Counted from the first letter of the stretch, positions 29,148 to 39,357 are shown. The stretch: 64,000 nucleotides of DNA from an uncultured Nitrososphaerales archaeon (GCA_938091495.1 CALLJF010000017.1:778-64777); one strand, 5' to 3'. Program-made: numbers and translations. Notes: generated by a model from the sequence alone, not told the origin.

Positions 29148-29500
29148 TTAGATAGGATTTATCTAAATTTTAAACTTTATGGTCATCAACCGCCTGCAGC
29201 GTATATCACAATGGCAATACTCTAATGGAGAGATGATAAGCTCAACACTTAAGATTGGCTTAGAGAGAATACATAAAATTTGGATATAGATTCAAATTAT
29301 GATTACTTTTCCGTAATGGACGAAAATCTTTAAAATCTTAAATCCCATTAAAACATTATTAGAAATAACATACGTTTAAAATAGGATGTAAATTTTAGAC
29401 TTATTTATGTTTGTTTTATCTAAAGTGCAAGAAAAAGATTAATTTTTGCTTAGAATCAACCATAAAGGTTTATATAACCTATGTTATAAGAAGGATTGGT

Positions 29501-29773
29501 ATGAGGCAAAAAATAATTCGCTTAATTGAAGTAGTCGAAGAGAAGGGCGTATTCGGCAAATGCTCATGCGGTGACGATGTATTATATTATTCAGACTCAG
29601 GGGTAAGGTGTAAAAAGTGTGGTAAGCTTTATGGTACTTGGTTCAAGAGGAAAAAGTTGGCGATAAAACATTCGGAAGAAACCCTTAAGAAGATAGAAGA
29701 GAGTGTAGTAGAGCCATTAAAAGAAGACCCGTCAGAGATTTACAATGAGCAAGAACTTTCTGATCTAATTTAG
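29501..29773 (+). CDS. small zinc-ribbon protein, hypothetical
   Basis: CSCG-x15-CKKC ribbon. I prefer ATG at 29501, because tttatataacc lies about 25-30 nt upstream, over the longer track ORF from 29411. Confidence 0.45.
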   Translation: MRQKIIRLIEVVEEKGVFGKCSCGDDVLYYSDSGVRCKKCGKLYGTWFKRKKLAIKHSEETLKKIEESVVEPLKEDPSEIYNEQELSDLI

Positions 29774-30507
29774 ACCCTTTTTCTTTGTAAAGCCAATATC
29801 GCTTTTCTTAGCAAGCCCATCAAAAGGTATAACTCCCTGGGAGTAGGCTTGCCCTTTCCTAATAACTTTCTCATGGCTTCCCTCAGCAATGGTACTTTGT
29901 GTTCTTGAAAACCACACATTCTTGCCAATCTGATAGAGTATTTTATTGTTCTATCTTTGTCTTCTCTTGATGCCATCTCTTCATGGGCTTCGATTTTTTG
30001 CTTTGATATCTCGTATAACAGCATGGCAACAGAATGAGATATGTTCAATGTTCTATATTCTGTTCCAGTGTCTATGCTGACTACCAGATCACATTTCTTT
30101 AACTCTTCATTCTTAAGCCCTGTGGATTCACGTCCGAAGAGCAAGCAAAGGTTTCCAGAAAATTCTTTTAGATTTTCAGCGAGACCTTCAGGGGTTAAAG
30201 CCTTTCTTAAAACCTTGGAAGGTCTTTTTGTTGCTATAGCAGTAGTACCAACCACTATATCGAAACTTTTTATCAATTCATCAAAACCTATCGTCTTGGC
30301 TTTTTCAAGGATATCAACTCCATGAGATGCAAACTTCCTTGCCTTGCTTAGATCAACTTTAGGATTTATCAGCAATAATTCTTCTAAACCAAAGTTCTTC
30401 ATGACTCTTGCGATAAGGCCAACGTTAACCTCATAAACAGGCTCTACAAGGGCTATTGAGAGTCTTTTCACGGCGCTAAACCCAAAATTTTTTACCTCCA
30501 TCAACAT
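29770..30507 (-). CDS. SpoU/TrmH-family RNA 2'-O-methyltransferase (aTrmJ-like)
   Basis: SPOUT motifs LLFGRESTGL and LNISHSVAMLLYE. Confidence 0.75.
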   Translation of the reverse strand: MLMEVKNFGFSAVKRLSIALVEPVYEVNVGLIARVMKNFGLEELLLINPKVDLSKARKFASHGVDILEKAKTIGFDELIKSFDIVVGTTAIATKRPSKVLRKALTPEGLAENLKEFSGNLCLLFGRESTGLKNEELKKCDLVVSIDTGTEYRTLNISHSVAMLLYEISKQKIEAHEEMASREDKDRTIKYSIRLARMCGFQEHKVPLLREAMRKLLGKGKPTPRELYLLMGLLRKAILALQRKRV

Positions 30508-30515
30508 ATTTCAAC

Positions 30516-31616
30516 ATGATGGTTACAAACCTGCCAGAGAAAGCAAAGGCAAAATGGGCAGAGGCTACAGTTGCTAGAGACCCAGCCAAAAAGCTTCAGT
30601 TATTGAGGGAATTTTACTCTAGTTTTCCAAAGCATAAGGGAACTGAAAAGCTGGAGATGTCCATAAAGAGGCAGATGGCATCATTAGAAGAAGAATTAGA
30701 GAGAATAAAGACAAGACGAAAAGGTTCTTCTCGGTTAGAGTGGGCAATAAAGAAAGGAGAAATTACACAACTGGCCATAGTAGGAACTTTACATACATCC
30801 ATATCTTTCTTCAACCTTTTGGCAAGATCTGACATAAAGTCTCATGAGACACTTATGAGGCCTATACTGGGAGTGTTTGAAGGACTTGATGTTCAATTCC
30901 AATTGATAGTTGCTCCTTTCGACAGAGGAATAAGTGAGGAAAAATTGGAGAGATTTATGAGTCTCTCTAGAAATACTGATGGTATATTGATAGTTTTAGG
31001 TCATGAACCATTAGATTATGTAAAAGATGTTATCGATTGGTTTGAACTGCATAACATAGACATACGCTCAGACCATCCTAAGGTTGAGATAATATCAACG
31101 CCAAGTGGTGGAATAAGAATGGTTGGTTCATCAGACTTTTGCAGTAAGAAAGATATCGTAGATTTCTTATCTGGTTATAAGATTAGAAACGCCATAATCA
31201 AGATAACTCGAGACTCTAACCTTGATGATGTTGAATCAGCGTTATTTGGGAGAATTTTGAAGAAGGCTATTCTTATCTCTTTAAGAAGGGATCGAATCAA
31301 TGAATTAAAAGCTCTAATTCCTAATGTAATCTTTTTCGATTCATCTATCAACAAAGATGTTTTTGCATCGTATATTCTAGAAAGGCTTGGTTTGATTCGA
31401 GTATACACAAAGGGAGTAGGGGAGGAGCCAGAAAGAAGGCCTTTAATAATGAAGAAAGGAGTGAAGGCCATAGACATCGCTGAAAATGTCCACAAGGACT
31501 TAGCAAGATTCTTTCAATACGCAAAAGTATGGAGAAAAGATGAACTTGATGGCGTTAGGGTTGGTAAGAGCTTTGAATTAAAGGATGGAGATGTAATTGA
31601 GATTCGTGCTTTATAG
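30516..31616 (+). CDS. DRG-like TGS-domain protein with degenerate GTPase motifs
   Basis: It has a DRG-type N-terminal helix and a C-terminal TGS domain (IRVYTKGVGEEPERRPLIMKKG...DGDVIEIRAL). At the P-loop, DxPG and NKxD positions it has AIVGTLHTSISFF, LIVAPFDRG and no NKxD. Confidence 0.6.
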   Translation: MMVTNLPEKAKAKWAEATVARDPAKKLQLLREFYSSFPKHKGTEKLEMSIKRQMASLEEELERIKTRRKGSSRLEWAIKKGEITQLAIVGTLHTSISFFNLLARSDIKSHETLMRPILGVFEGLDVQFQLIVAPFDRGISEEKLERFMSLSRNTDGILIVLGHEPLDYVKDVIDWFELHNIDIRSDHPKVEIISTPSGGIRMVGSSDFCSKKDIVDFLSGYKIRNAIIKITRDSNLDDVESALFGRILKKAILISLRRDRINELKALIPNVIFFDSSINKDVFASYILERLGLIRVYTKGVGEEPERRPLIMKKGVKAIDIAENVHKDLARFFQYAKVWRKDELDGVRVGKSFELKDGDVIEIRAL

Positions 31617-31646
31617 CATTAGGCAAATTAACCACAATAAGATAGG

Positions 31647-32198
31647 ATGAGTATGGAAACTCCTTATGAGCCAGCAGAGGATACTTTTCTACTTACCGAT
31701 GCTATTAGAAGATATTCAAACAAGATCACTTTAGAGATAGGAGTAGGCTCAGGCTATATCACTGCTGAAATCTGTAAAAGAAATCCCTTCGTAGTGGGGA
31801 CTGAAATCGATGAGAAAGCGTTAAAAGAAGCTCAAATAAGGCTAAAATCCCTCAATTTCGATAATTTTGAATTAGTGCTTTGTGATGGAGCAAGTGCTTT
31901 TCGTGAAGGATGCTTCGATCTTATAGTTTTCAACCCGCCTTATCTTCCTTCTGGAAAAATAGTATATAGAAATGTTGAGGGTGGAAAAGAGGGTATTGAA
32001 GTAACGAAGAGGTTCATAGAGCAATCCTTAAGGGTAATTTCAAAATCAGGATCGATGGTATTCATTTTATCTACTTTATCAAATTATGAAAAGATAATGA
32101 GAATGTTAAGGAAGATGAATTTTAAAGTGAGAAGAATAGCCAAGCGTAAATTGTTTTTTGAAGAAATTTTTGCATTAGAGGCATCAAAGATTGCATAA
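31647..32198 (+). CDS. HemK/Mtq2-like N5-glutamine methyltransferase
   Basis: SAM motif LEIGVGSGY and catalytic NPPY (IVFNPPYLP). Confidence 0.85.
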   Translation: MSMETPYEPAEDTFLLTDAIRRYSNKITLEIGVGSGYITAEICKRNPFVVGTEIDEKALKEAQIRLKSLNFDNFELVLCDGASAFREGCFDLIVFNPPYLPSGKIVYRNVEGGKEGIEVTKRFIEQSLRVISKSGSMVFILSTLSNYEKIMRMLRKMNFKVRRIAKRKLFFEEIFALEASKIA

Positions 32199-32936
32199 TT
32201 CTTTAGCGATTCTTACCGATTCTTCTACTGTTAGTCGCTTAACTCTTTTTTGGGAAATCTCATGGTCTAATCTGTCCAGCATTTTCTCATAGTCTTTACC
32301 CTGTTTTTTACAGATCATCTTTAAAGCGTTAACAACCTTCTTCCCACGAAACGAAAATAGAAGTTTTATGCATGTAATAATTTCACCATTTATCCTATCT
32401 TTCTTTGGCTTTAATGATAGCATTAGAGATTTAACTCTAGGTCTAGGCTTGAAGGCTTCTCTATTAACTGTCATCAAAGGCTCTAGATCAAAGCTCGATC
32501 TTGCTATGATGGTTACAGCCCTATAATCCTTAGAGCCTGGTTGAGAAAGCAACTTCTCTGCAAACTCTTTTTGAAAATTCACTACTGCTATGTCAAAATC
32601 CTTCTTTATCAACCACTCTATGAATTCTTTAGATTTAGAATATGGTATGTTCGAGACTAGTTTGTTGAACTTATGCCTAGATTCAAGAGCGTCTCCATGA
32701 ATCAAGTTTAGATTTTCAAATCTGCTCAGTCTTGATTTAGCCACCTCATAAAGTTCATCGTCTATCTCCCATGAGATTACCTTCTTAGCTTTATTACATA
32801 AAATCTCTGTTAAATTACCAGTCCCAGAGCCAAACTCAAAAACTATGTCATCTTTCGATACTTTAGCAAATTCAACCATTTTATTGAGTAGATGATCATC
32901 AATAAGTAAGTGCTGTCCTAAACTTCTTCTCTTCAT
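32184..32936 (-). CDS. rsmA: 16S/18S rRNA dimethyladenosine transferase KsgA/Dim1
   Basis: RRSLGQHLL, FEFGSGTGNLT and SNIPYS motifs. Confidence 0.85.
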   Translation of the reverse strand: MKRRSLGQHLLIDDHLLNKMVEFAKVSKDDIVFEFGSGTGNLTEILCNKAKKVISWEIDDELYEVAKSRLSRFENLNLIHGDALESRHKFNKLVSNIPYSKSKEFIEWLIKKDFDIAVVNFQKEFAEKLLSQPGSKDYRAVTIIARSSFDLEPLMTVNREAFKPRPRVKSLMLSLKPKKDRINGEIITCIKLLFSFRGKKVVNALKMICKKQGKDYEKMLDRLDHEISQKRVKRLTVEESVRIAKELCNL

Positions 32937-33499
32937 TTTTTCACAAATACTGTTATCCTTGGAGCTTCAGAAATCTCTTCAACCAGTCTCTTTGCTATCA
33001 GTTTGATGGGATCTTTCAACCCTACCCTCTTTTGAATGTCATCAAAGCTTTCGAAGGGCTTCTTCTCTCTCTCTTCAAGGATCTGCCTCATGAGAGTTTT
33101 ACCTATCCCTGGTATCAACTCAAGGGCGTGAAGCCTTGGAGTTACAGGCTGTAACTCGTTAAAATAAGTTACATATTTTTTCTCGTTCTCTTTGACTATC
33201 TTCTCACAAACTGTAGGCAGTTCATTTTTGGCATTATTCGTTAAATCTTTATACTCGAGCCTTCCAAGGACGCTTATCACCTTTGTTCTACCTTCCCTTG
33301 CAATGCAGATTCTCTCCCCAACCTCAAAGGTGACTCTGTTCATAGCCAGTATCTCTAGCAAGGTCAACCACTCTTCTCCTATGGCTTGGACTATAGGTCC
33401 TTCTCTTTCTTTTATGACAAAAGATTTGCCATGAGGGATAAAATCTAAAACGTAGGCATATTCTTCATACTTTCTAGAAGAACTTATCTTGTTCGACAT
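32933..33499 (-). CDS. DUF655 protein (OB-fold plus HhH)
   Basis: YAYVLDFIPHGK..., a C-terminal HALELIPGIGKTLMRQI hairpin-helix motif, and the conserved position next to ksgA. Confidence 0.75.
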   Translation of the reverse strand: MSNKISSSRKYEEYAYVLDFIPHGKSFVIKEREGPIVQAIGEEWLTLLEILAMNRVTFEVGERICIAREGRTKVISVLGRLEYKDLTNNAKNELPTVCEKIVKENEKKYVTYFNELQPVTPRLHALELIPGIGKTLMRQILEEREKKPFESFDDIQKRVGLKDPIKLIAKRLVEEISEAPRITVFVKK

Positions 33500-33703
33500 T
33501 TTTTATCCTCTCAAAATTATCGATCTTCTCCAATCATTAGAATGGTCTTTTATTATTCTATTTGAGAGGGAGGGGGTTCTCTAATGAATCTTAAATATGA
33601 ATCCTTAACGAATGAATTTATAATCATAAATAGAAAACCTCCCTTGATAATTTCCTTAATATTCATTTGGTGCATACCTAGATAATGGTAAGAGCCAATT
33701 TTA

Positions 33704-33859
33704 TTATTTATGCTTTTTTGTGAGGTTTTTTGAAGCCATGAATTCATTCTTACATTTTTCAGAGCAAAAAACATAGCCACGATATAGAATAGGTTTCACT
33801 ATCTTCCTGCTACAGTTAATGCAACGCTTTATGTATGCCTCATCGGCAACTTCTGCCAA
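33704..33859 (-). CDS. 51-aa TRASH-like zinc-ribbon micro-protein (below the track threshold)
   Basis: My translation from TTG at 33857-33859: (M)AEVADEAYIKRCINCSRKIVKPILYRGYVFCSEKCKNEFMASKNLTKKHK*. It has the Cx2C...FCSxKC pattern and competes with the implausible 75-aa track ORF at 33553-33780. Confidence 0.4.
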   Translation of the reverse strand: MAEVADEAYIKRCINCSRKIVKPILYRGYVFCSEKCKNEFMASKNLTKKHK

Positions 33860-33958
33860 TTTTAATCTATCAGTAAGAGGCAGAGTATGTTATTAACGTT
33901 TTCAGCATTAACGCAAAGCTTATGATTGCTTTGTATGTAAAAATTGGTCTGAAAGCCC

Positions 33959-34972
33959 ATGAAGGCCGTGCTACTTGATAAGACTGCACCGATAGAAGAT
34001 AGGCCCTTAAGACTTGCATCCATAGAAAATCCTACTATCAGTAATGAGGAAATTTTGGTAAGAGTTAGAGGCTGCGGTGTATGTCGATCAAATCTGCACA
34101 TGATAGAAGGAGACTGGTTAAAACGAGGCTTTCCTGCTAAGTTACCTATAATCCCAGGCCATGAAATAGTAGGCATAGTGGAATCTATTGGCAAGGATGT
34201 AAAGAATGTAGAGGTTGGAGATAGAATTGGAATTCAGCCATTATACCATTCTTGTGGTACTTGTGAATACTGCCTTACTGGAAGAGAGAACATATGCAAA
34301 AGGAAGGTGATAACAGGCCAGTCTGTGGACGGAGGATACGCCGAATATATCAAAGCTCATTATCAATTCGTGTATAAGGTGCCAGATGGATTAAGTGATG
34401 CTGAAGCAACTCCTCTCTTCTGCCCTGGTGTGACAGCATACAAAGCTGTAAAGTACAGCAACCCTTCCCCTGGCAAAATAGTTGCAGTATTTGGGGTTGG
34501 CGGTGTTGGACAAGTAGCCATACAGATTGCAAAGCTCTGGGGGGCTAAAATCATCGCTGTGAGCAGAAGCAAAAATCATCTTAGAATGGCTTCCAAGCTT
34601 GGAGCTTATTCTGTAATTTCACCTGAAGAAGAGGATGTTGTGAAATACTTCAAGAATATCAACTACGCTGACTCTTCTATAGTCTTTGCGCCTTCAGATA
34701 AAGCCATAGATCAAGCAGTTAAGGTAGTGAAACCTGGAGGTACTATAGTCTTAGCAGTGTCTGGGAGTATCAAAGAGTTCTTTTTCCATGAAGAAAAAAT
34801 CGTCAGAGCAATAGTCATAGGAACAAGACAAGACATGCGCGAAGTCCTTAAGATAGCAGAAGATGGAGGAATTCATATCTCAGTGGAAAGTCATAGGCTT
34901 GAAGATGCTAACGAGATTCTTAGAAAGCTAAAGTATAGCGAAATAGAAGGTAGGGCTATACTTCAGCCTTAA
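33959..34972 (+). CDS. adh: zinc-dependent medium-chain alcohol dehydrogenase
   Basis: GHEIVGIVESIG, structural-zinc CGTCEYCLTGRENIC, and Rossmann motif VFGVGGVG. Confidence 0.85.
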   Translation: MKAVLLDKTAPIEDRPLRLASIENPTISNEEILVRVRGCGVCRSNLHMIEGDWLKRGFPAKLPIIPGHEIVGIVESIGKDVKNVEVGDRIGIQPLYHSCGTCEYCLTGRENICKRKVITGQSVDGGYAEYIKAHYQFVYKVPDGLSDAEATPLFCPGVTAYKAVKYSNPSPGKIVAVFGVGGVGQVAIQIAKLWGAKIIAVSRSKNHLRMASKLGAYSVISPEEEDVVKYFKNINYADSSIVFAPSDKAIDQAVKVVKPGGTIVLAVSGSIKEFFFHEEKIVRAIVIGTRQDMREVLKIAEDGGIHISVESHRLEDANEILRKLKYSEIEGRAILQP

Positions 34973-34977
34973 ATTCT

Positions 34978-35298
34978 TCAAGCCTCAGTTAGTATCTTAA
35001 TTATCTTCTCTACAACGTCTGTCGATAATAGCTTCTTCCAGCCTGATGTAAAGACCCTTACCTCTTCTATGCTCTTAGGCATTATGTTGATCAATTCTAT
35101 GGCTTCTTCTTCTGTTAATGAGCATTCTTTGACTAGCCTTTCTCTCATTTTTCTTGCTTTTTCAGGTTCAGTCTTTGAGAACTTTGATGCATAGTCTAAA
35201 GTCCTTTTTTGTATCTGGTCAGCTTTCTCTATATCGATCTTCTCCAATGTTTCCTTGACTTCTGGTATGGAAATTACGCTTTTTTTGACTTCACGCAA
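34978..35298 (-). CDS. rpoF: RNA polymerase subunit Rpo4/RpoF
   Basis: 106 aa, with Rpb4-like helical composition, in the conserved position beside L21e. Confidence 0.75.
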   Translation of the reverse strand: MREVKKSVISIPEVKETLEKIDIEKADQIQKRTLDYASKFSKTEPEKARKMRERLVKECSLTEEEAIELINIMPKSIEEVRVFTSGWKKLLSTDVVEKIIKILTEA

Positions 35299-35364
35299 TC
35301 AAACCACCAAAAATTCATTATTATATTATTTTTAGCCAGATTTATTTTAACTTTTTACTTGATG

Positions 35365-35643
35365 CTATGAATGTGGCTTCACATGCTCCAACCTAGCTAT
35401 GATCTTTTTCACTTTGTTCCCAATCGGTACTTTTATCACTAAAGACCTTCTCCTAACTTCCTCTACAGTGCCTACAAGACCTTGATAACGTTTATGAGGC
35501 ATGCCTTTAACTTGGCTTGGATCTATGTCTATGACCACTTTGTCTCCTACTTTATAGTCATGAAGGAGAAATGTCAGACCTCTATTCTTCTTCTTAGTCA
35601 GTAAACCTCTCGTCTTACGTCTATAACCTTTCGACCTTGGCAA
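35365..35643 (-). CDS. rpl21e: ribosomal protein L21e
   Basis: MPRSKGYRRKTRGLL...GDKVVIDIDPS...HKRYQGLVGTV is canonical L21e. Confidence 0.9.
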   Translation of the reverse strand: MPRSKGYRRKTRGLLTKKKNRGLTFLLHDYKVGDKVVIDIDPSQVKGMPHKRYQGLVGTVEEVRRRSLVIKVPIGNKVKKIIARLEHVKPHS

Positions 35644-35705
35644 TTCTCATACACCTAGTCTTTAACTTCTAATGCATAAGCTGATCTTAAGAACCCTTCT
35701 TAAAC

Positions 35706-36902
35706 TTATTCATTTAAAACTTCCACATCCAGTATATCGAAGGTATCACAATCTGCTTTCATCCCTATTACTTCGGACACATTAGGAGTAATCTCTAACA
35801 AATATTTTCCTACATCAGAATTAGAGCTACTGATGAACCTTTTTATATTTAGTCCTCCATCACATTTGAATGTAGCCTTTGCTTCCCTCTCATTTATCAT
35901 CTCTACGTCAAATTCATATATCTTCTTCGTGAAGGGCTTTTTCTTTAAAGGTACTACTTTGACTTCAGAATTCTGTAATTTCTCTTTAAGAACATAGAGC
36001 TTTTCTTCATCTATTTCTTCAGCAAATTTTATGTGAGCAGAAACTTTTACCATGAAATTTGGACTCTTTTTTGGAATCTCATCTACGATCTTTATCTTCT
36101 TAAGAATTATCCCATTTTCCTCTAGCATCTCTGATTCATCTGTATGCCTTAGCTTAGGCTTGACTATTTCAGCGTAGAAAGGTCTACCATTGCCCAGAAC
36201 AAGGCTCTCGGAACTCTCCCCTCCTATCCATGTAAACTTTGCTCCTTTAGCATCAAATCTCTTTATTAGATTTTGAGCAAGAATCTGCTCAACACTTTGC
36301 TCTTTTGAAAATCCTGTATATTCACACTCAGAGCATCCTTTCCCTCTACAATTTCTACACTTTCTACGCTTTTGAGGAAAACCTCTTACCATCTTCAAGT
36401 ATCTACCATAAACGAACAAGGGCTTAGGATTAAGATCGATCTCCCCAGAGACAAGGTTTACCAAAATGGTCATGTTTGGCTTGCGAAAGTTGACCCTTTT
36501 ACCAGTCTTAGAAGCTATGATCTTACCTATCTCTTTTGTTATCTCACTCTTTATCGCTTCTCCTCCTCTCAGTTTAAATTTCGCCCTTAGACTGTCCTCT
36601 CTTTCCATGAAGTCTTTTGGAAGTTTTGCACCTATAAGAAAGTCGTCAAACTCATAATCCTTTAATTGCTCTAAAATCTTGGCAGAATTTTCTTTTAAAG
36701 ACTGCATTGAATCTTGGCAGATGAAGCATGAACCTTTCTTTGTTTTCACTTTGACTTCTTTTCTTATCATCTTTCCCTTAACTTCATTGCTATCCCCTTT
36801 AATGCTCGGGAACTGCCTTCCAAGGCACCAATTACATAATGGATAATCGGCAAGTATAATCCCAGCCAGATTAGTTATGCTTTTTCCAATAGATGGCATC
36901 AA
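35706..36902 (-). CDS. pus10: tRNA pseudouridine(54/55) synthase Pus10
   Basis: 398 aa. N-terminal CNWC...CFIC zinc module, central CRNCRGKGCSEC, and a C-terminal catalytic domain. Confidence 0.8.
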   Translation of the reverse strand: MMPSIGKSITNLAGIILADYPLCNWCLGRQFPSIKGDSNEVKGKMIRKEVKVKTKKGSCFICQDSMQSLKENSAKILEQLKDYEFDDFLIGAKLPKDFMEREDSLRAKFKLRGGEAIKSEITKEIGKIIASKTGKRVNFRKPNMTILVNLVSGEIDLNPKPLFVYGRYLKMVRGFPQKRRKCRNCRGKGCSECEYTGFSKEQSVEQILAQNLIKRFDAKGAKFTWIGGESSESLVLGNGRPFYAEIVKPKLRHTDESEMLEENGIILKKIKIVDEIPKKSPNFMVKVSAHIKFAEEIDEEKLYVLKEKLQNSEVKVVPLKKKPFTKKIYEFDVEMINEREAKATFKCDGGLNIKRFISSSNSDVGKYLLEITPNVSEVIGMKADCDTFDILDVEVLNE

Positions 36903-37056
36903 GACACCTTAAGAGTGCTAAAACTATTAAAATAAAGTAATTAATAAGTTAGCCACAATGAATAATCCAATTTGCTACAGTAGTGTGATAAATTCTTAAG
37001 GCAGATTATCATAATTATAATTTAGAAGGGGGATTTAATCGACTATAAGTAAAACT

Positions 37057-37278
37057 ATGGAAAGAAGCAGAAGAACAACACTCACAATACCCTACACGGG
37101 TTGCATAGACTGCCACATATCCAACATAGAGTCTAACCTAAAGAAATTGGGAGGAGTGAGGGATGTAGAGATGAAACTTTGGACTGCTCAAATAGAATAC
37201 TATCCATCAAAAATCAGCGTAAAAGAGATCAAGAAAGTCATAACTGATTTGGGCTACGAAATTTCTGAGCGAAACTGA
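37057..37278 (+). CDS. HMA (heavy-metal-associated) domain protein, atypical TGCIDCH metal motif
   Basis: 73 aa with the pattern of a ferredoxin-like HMA fold. Possibly the detached N-terminus of the downstream ATPase (see findings). Confidence 0.6.
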   Translation: MERSRRTTLTIPYTGCIDCHISNIESNLKKLGGVRDVEMKLWTAQIEYYPSKISVKEIKKVITDLGYEISERN

Positions 37279-37313
37279 GGTGGGAACTGATAGCAAAAGA
37301 CCTCGTATGTGGC

Positions 37314-39344
37314 ATGTATGTAAATGAGAAGGCCACAAATCTTAAGGCAAAAGTGAGAGGAAGAGAGTACTATTTCTGCAGTACAAATTGTATGGAAACC
37401 TTCCTTAAGCCAGAGATCGAACTGCGCAACCTAAAGATACTGACATCATTTTCCATAATTTTCGGAGCGACAGTATTCTTACTAGCCTTTACTTCGTTGA
37501 ACTTTCCTATCTTTGCAAGTCAAATATGGCAGTTCCTTTTTGCTACTCCAGTTCAATTCATAGCAGGGCTAAGGTTCTACAGGGGCACTTTAGATGCTAT
37601 AAGGAATAGATCGGCTAACATGGATTCTCTGATTGCAATAGGAACAAGCACAGCTTGGCTTTATAGCACTATTGTAACTTTCTTTCCAGGTTCTTTACCT
37701 GGCTCAGAAGTATATTTTGATACGGCTGCGCTAATAATCGCTCTGGTGCTAGTTGGAAGGACTCTTGAGCATATAGCGAAAGGAAAGGCTTCAGAAGCTG
37801 TAAGAAGGCTTCTAGATCTGCAACCTACTCTTGCAACAGTAATTCGTGATGGGAAAGAGGAGCAAGTCCCTGTCGAAGAAGTGAGAGTAGGAGACATTAT
37901 CCTAGTCAAGCCTGGGGAGAAGATACCTGTTGATGGAGAAGTCATAGAAGGTCATTCCTCTGTTGATGAGAAGATGATAACAGGAGAGAGCATCCCTGTA
38001 GAGAAGAAGGTTAGTGATGAGGTGATAGGAGCAACGATGAACAAGACTGGGGTATTGAAGTTCAAGGCTACAAAAGTTGGTGCAGACACCACTTTGTCTC
38101 AAATCATCAATCTTGTAGAGGAGGCACAATCCACAAAGGCTCCTGTTGAGAGATTAGTTGACAAAATTTCTTCTTATTTCGTCCCGATTGTAATCTTGGT
38201 AGCAGTAGGAGCATTTGCAGGCTGGTATCTTCTACTTGGAAAACCCTTTGGCTTTGCCTTGCTGGCTTTCATAGCCGTGATAATAATAGCTTGTCCTTGC
38301 GCTCTAGGCATTGCAACTCCAATAGCCCTTGTAACAGGAACAGGAAAAGGCGCAGAGAATGGAATTCTGATAAAAGGAGTTGAATATTTAGAAAGGTCTC
38401 GCAAAATCGATACGATAATCTTCGATAAAACAGGCACTTTGACAAGAGGGGAGCCTTCTGTAACAGATTTGATTCCTCTAACAAACTCAAAAGAAGAAGA
38501 AATCCTCAGGATAGCGGCAATAGCTGAGAAAGGGTCTGAACATCCTTTGGGAGAAGCGATAATGAGAATGGCTGAGGAAAAAGGGATTGAAATAAATGAT
38601 CCAGAATCCTTTGAGGCAGTTCCTGGGCATGGTGTGAAAATAACTTACAATGGAAACGAATACCTTCTAGGCAACAGAAGACTCATGGTGCAAAATGGAA
38701 TAGAAGTTCAAGAATATGAAGATCAAATCAAAAAGCTAGAGAACGAAGGAAAGACTGTCATGATCCTAGCTTCTAAGCAAAGAGTTATGGGTTTAATAGC
38801 GGCCGCTGACTTGCCAAAGAAAGGGGCAAAAGAGACTATTGAAAGCCTTAAGAAATTAGGCTTGGAAGTTATAATGCTATCTGGTGATAATAGAAGGACA
38901 GCTGAGGCTGTAGCAAAACAGCTAGGTATAAAAAAGGTCATCGCTGAAGTTTTGCCTGGAGAAAAGTCTGAAGTCATCAAGAAGCTTCAAAGCGAAGGAA
39001 AGTCTGTAGCAATGGTTGGAGATGGGATTAACGATGCCCCAGCTTTGGCTCAGGCAGACTTAGGGATAGCTGTAGGGAGTGGGACAGATGTTGCAAGAGA
39101 AACTGGAGGCATAGTCTTGATAAAGGATGATTTGAAAGATGTAGTCACTGCTATTAAGTTGAGCAGAAAGACCTTATCAAAAGTAAAGCAAAACCTGTTT
39201 TGGGCCTTTGCCTACAATACAGCATTAATACCTGCTGCTGCTCTAGGAATAATAAGCCCGATAATAGCTGCAGGAGCTATGGCTATGAGCTCCTTCACAG
39301 TAGTGATGAACACTCTCTTCCTTAGAAGGTTCAAGCCAGAATGA
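37314..39344 (+). CDS. copA: P1B-type copper-translocating ATPase with N-terminal YHS/TRASH motif
   Basis: CPC motif (IACPCALG), [22 protein letters not shown], and N-terminal YYFCSTNC. The coding signal ([11 protein letters not shown]) continues upstream of the first ATG as far as the stop at 37266-37268. Confidence 0.9.
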   Translation: MYVNEKATNLKAKVRGREYYFCSTNCMETFLKPEIELRNLKILTSFSIIFGATVFLLAFTSLNFPIFASQIWQFLFATPVQFIAGLRFYRGTLDAIRNRSANMDSLIAIGTSTAWLYSTIVTFFPGSLPGSEVYFDTAALIIALVLVGRTLEHIAKGKASEAVRRLLDLQPTLATVIRDGKEEQVPVEEVRVGDIILVKPGEKIPVDGEVIEGHSSVDEKMITGESIPVEKKVSDEVIGATMNKTGVLKFKATKVGADTTLSQIINLVEEAQSTKAPVERLVDKISSYFVPIVILVAVGAFAGWYLLLGKPFGFALLAFIAVIIIACPCALGIATPIALVTGTGKGAENGILIKGVEYLERSRKIDTIIFDKTGTLTRGEPSVTDLIPLTNSKEEEILRIAAIAEKGSEHPLGEAIMRMAEEKGIEINDPESFEAVPGHGVKITYNGNEYLLGNRRLMVQNGIEVQEYEDQIKKLENEGKTVMILASKQRVMGLIAAADLPKKGAKETIESLKKLGLEVIMLSGDNRRTAEAVAKQLGIKKVIAEVLPGEKSEVIKKLQSEGKSVAMVGDGINDAPALAQADLGIAVGSGTDVARETGGIVLIKDDLKDVVTAIKLSRKTLSKVKQNLFWAFAYNTALIPAAALGIISPIIAAGAMAMSSFTVVMNTLFLRRFKPE

Positions 39345-39357
39345 TGTTGAGTTAGAA

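Noticed and set aside
33553-33780. 75-aa minus-strand ORF, and the 110-aa ORF at 33862-34194.
   Set aside because: The first overlaps the TRASH-like micro-ORF, which has a clear zinc-ribbon pattern, in another frame. The second is antisense to the start of the ADH gene.
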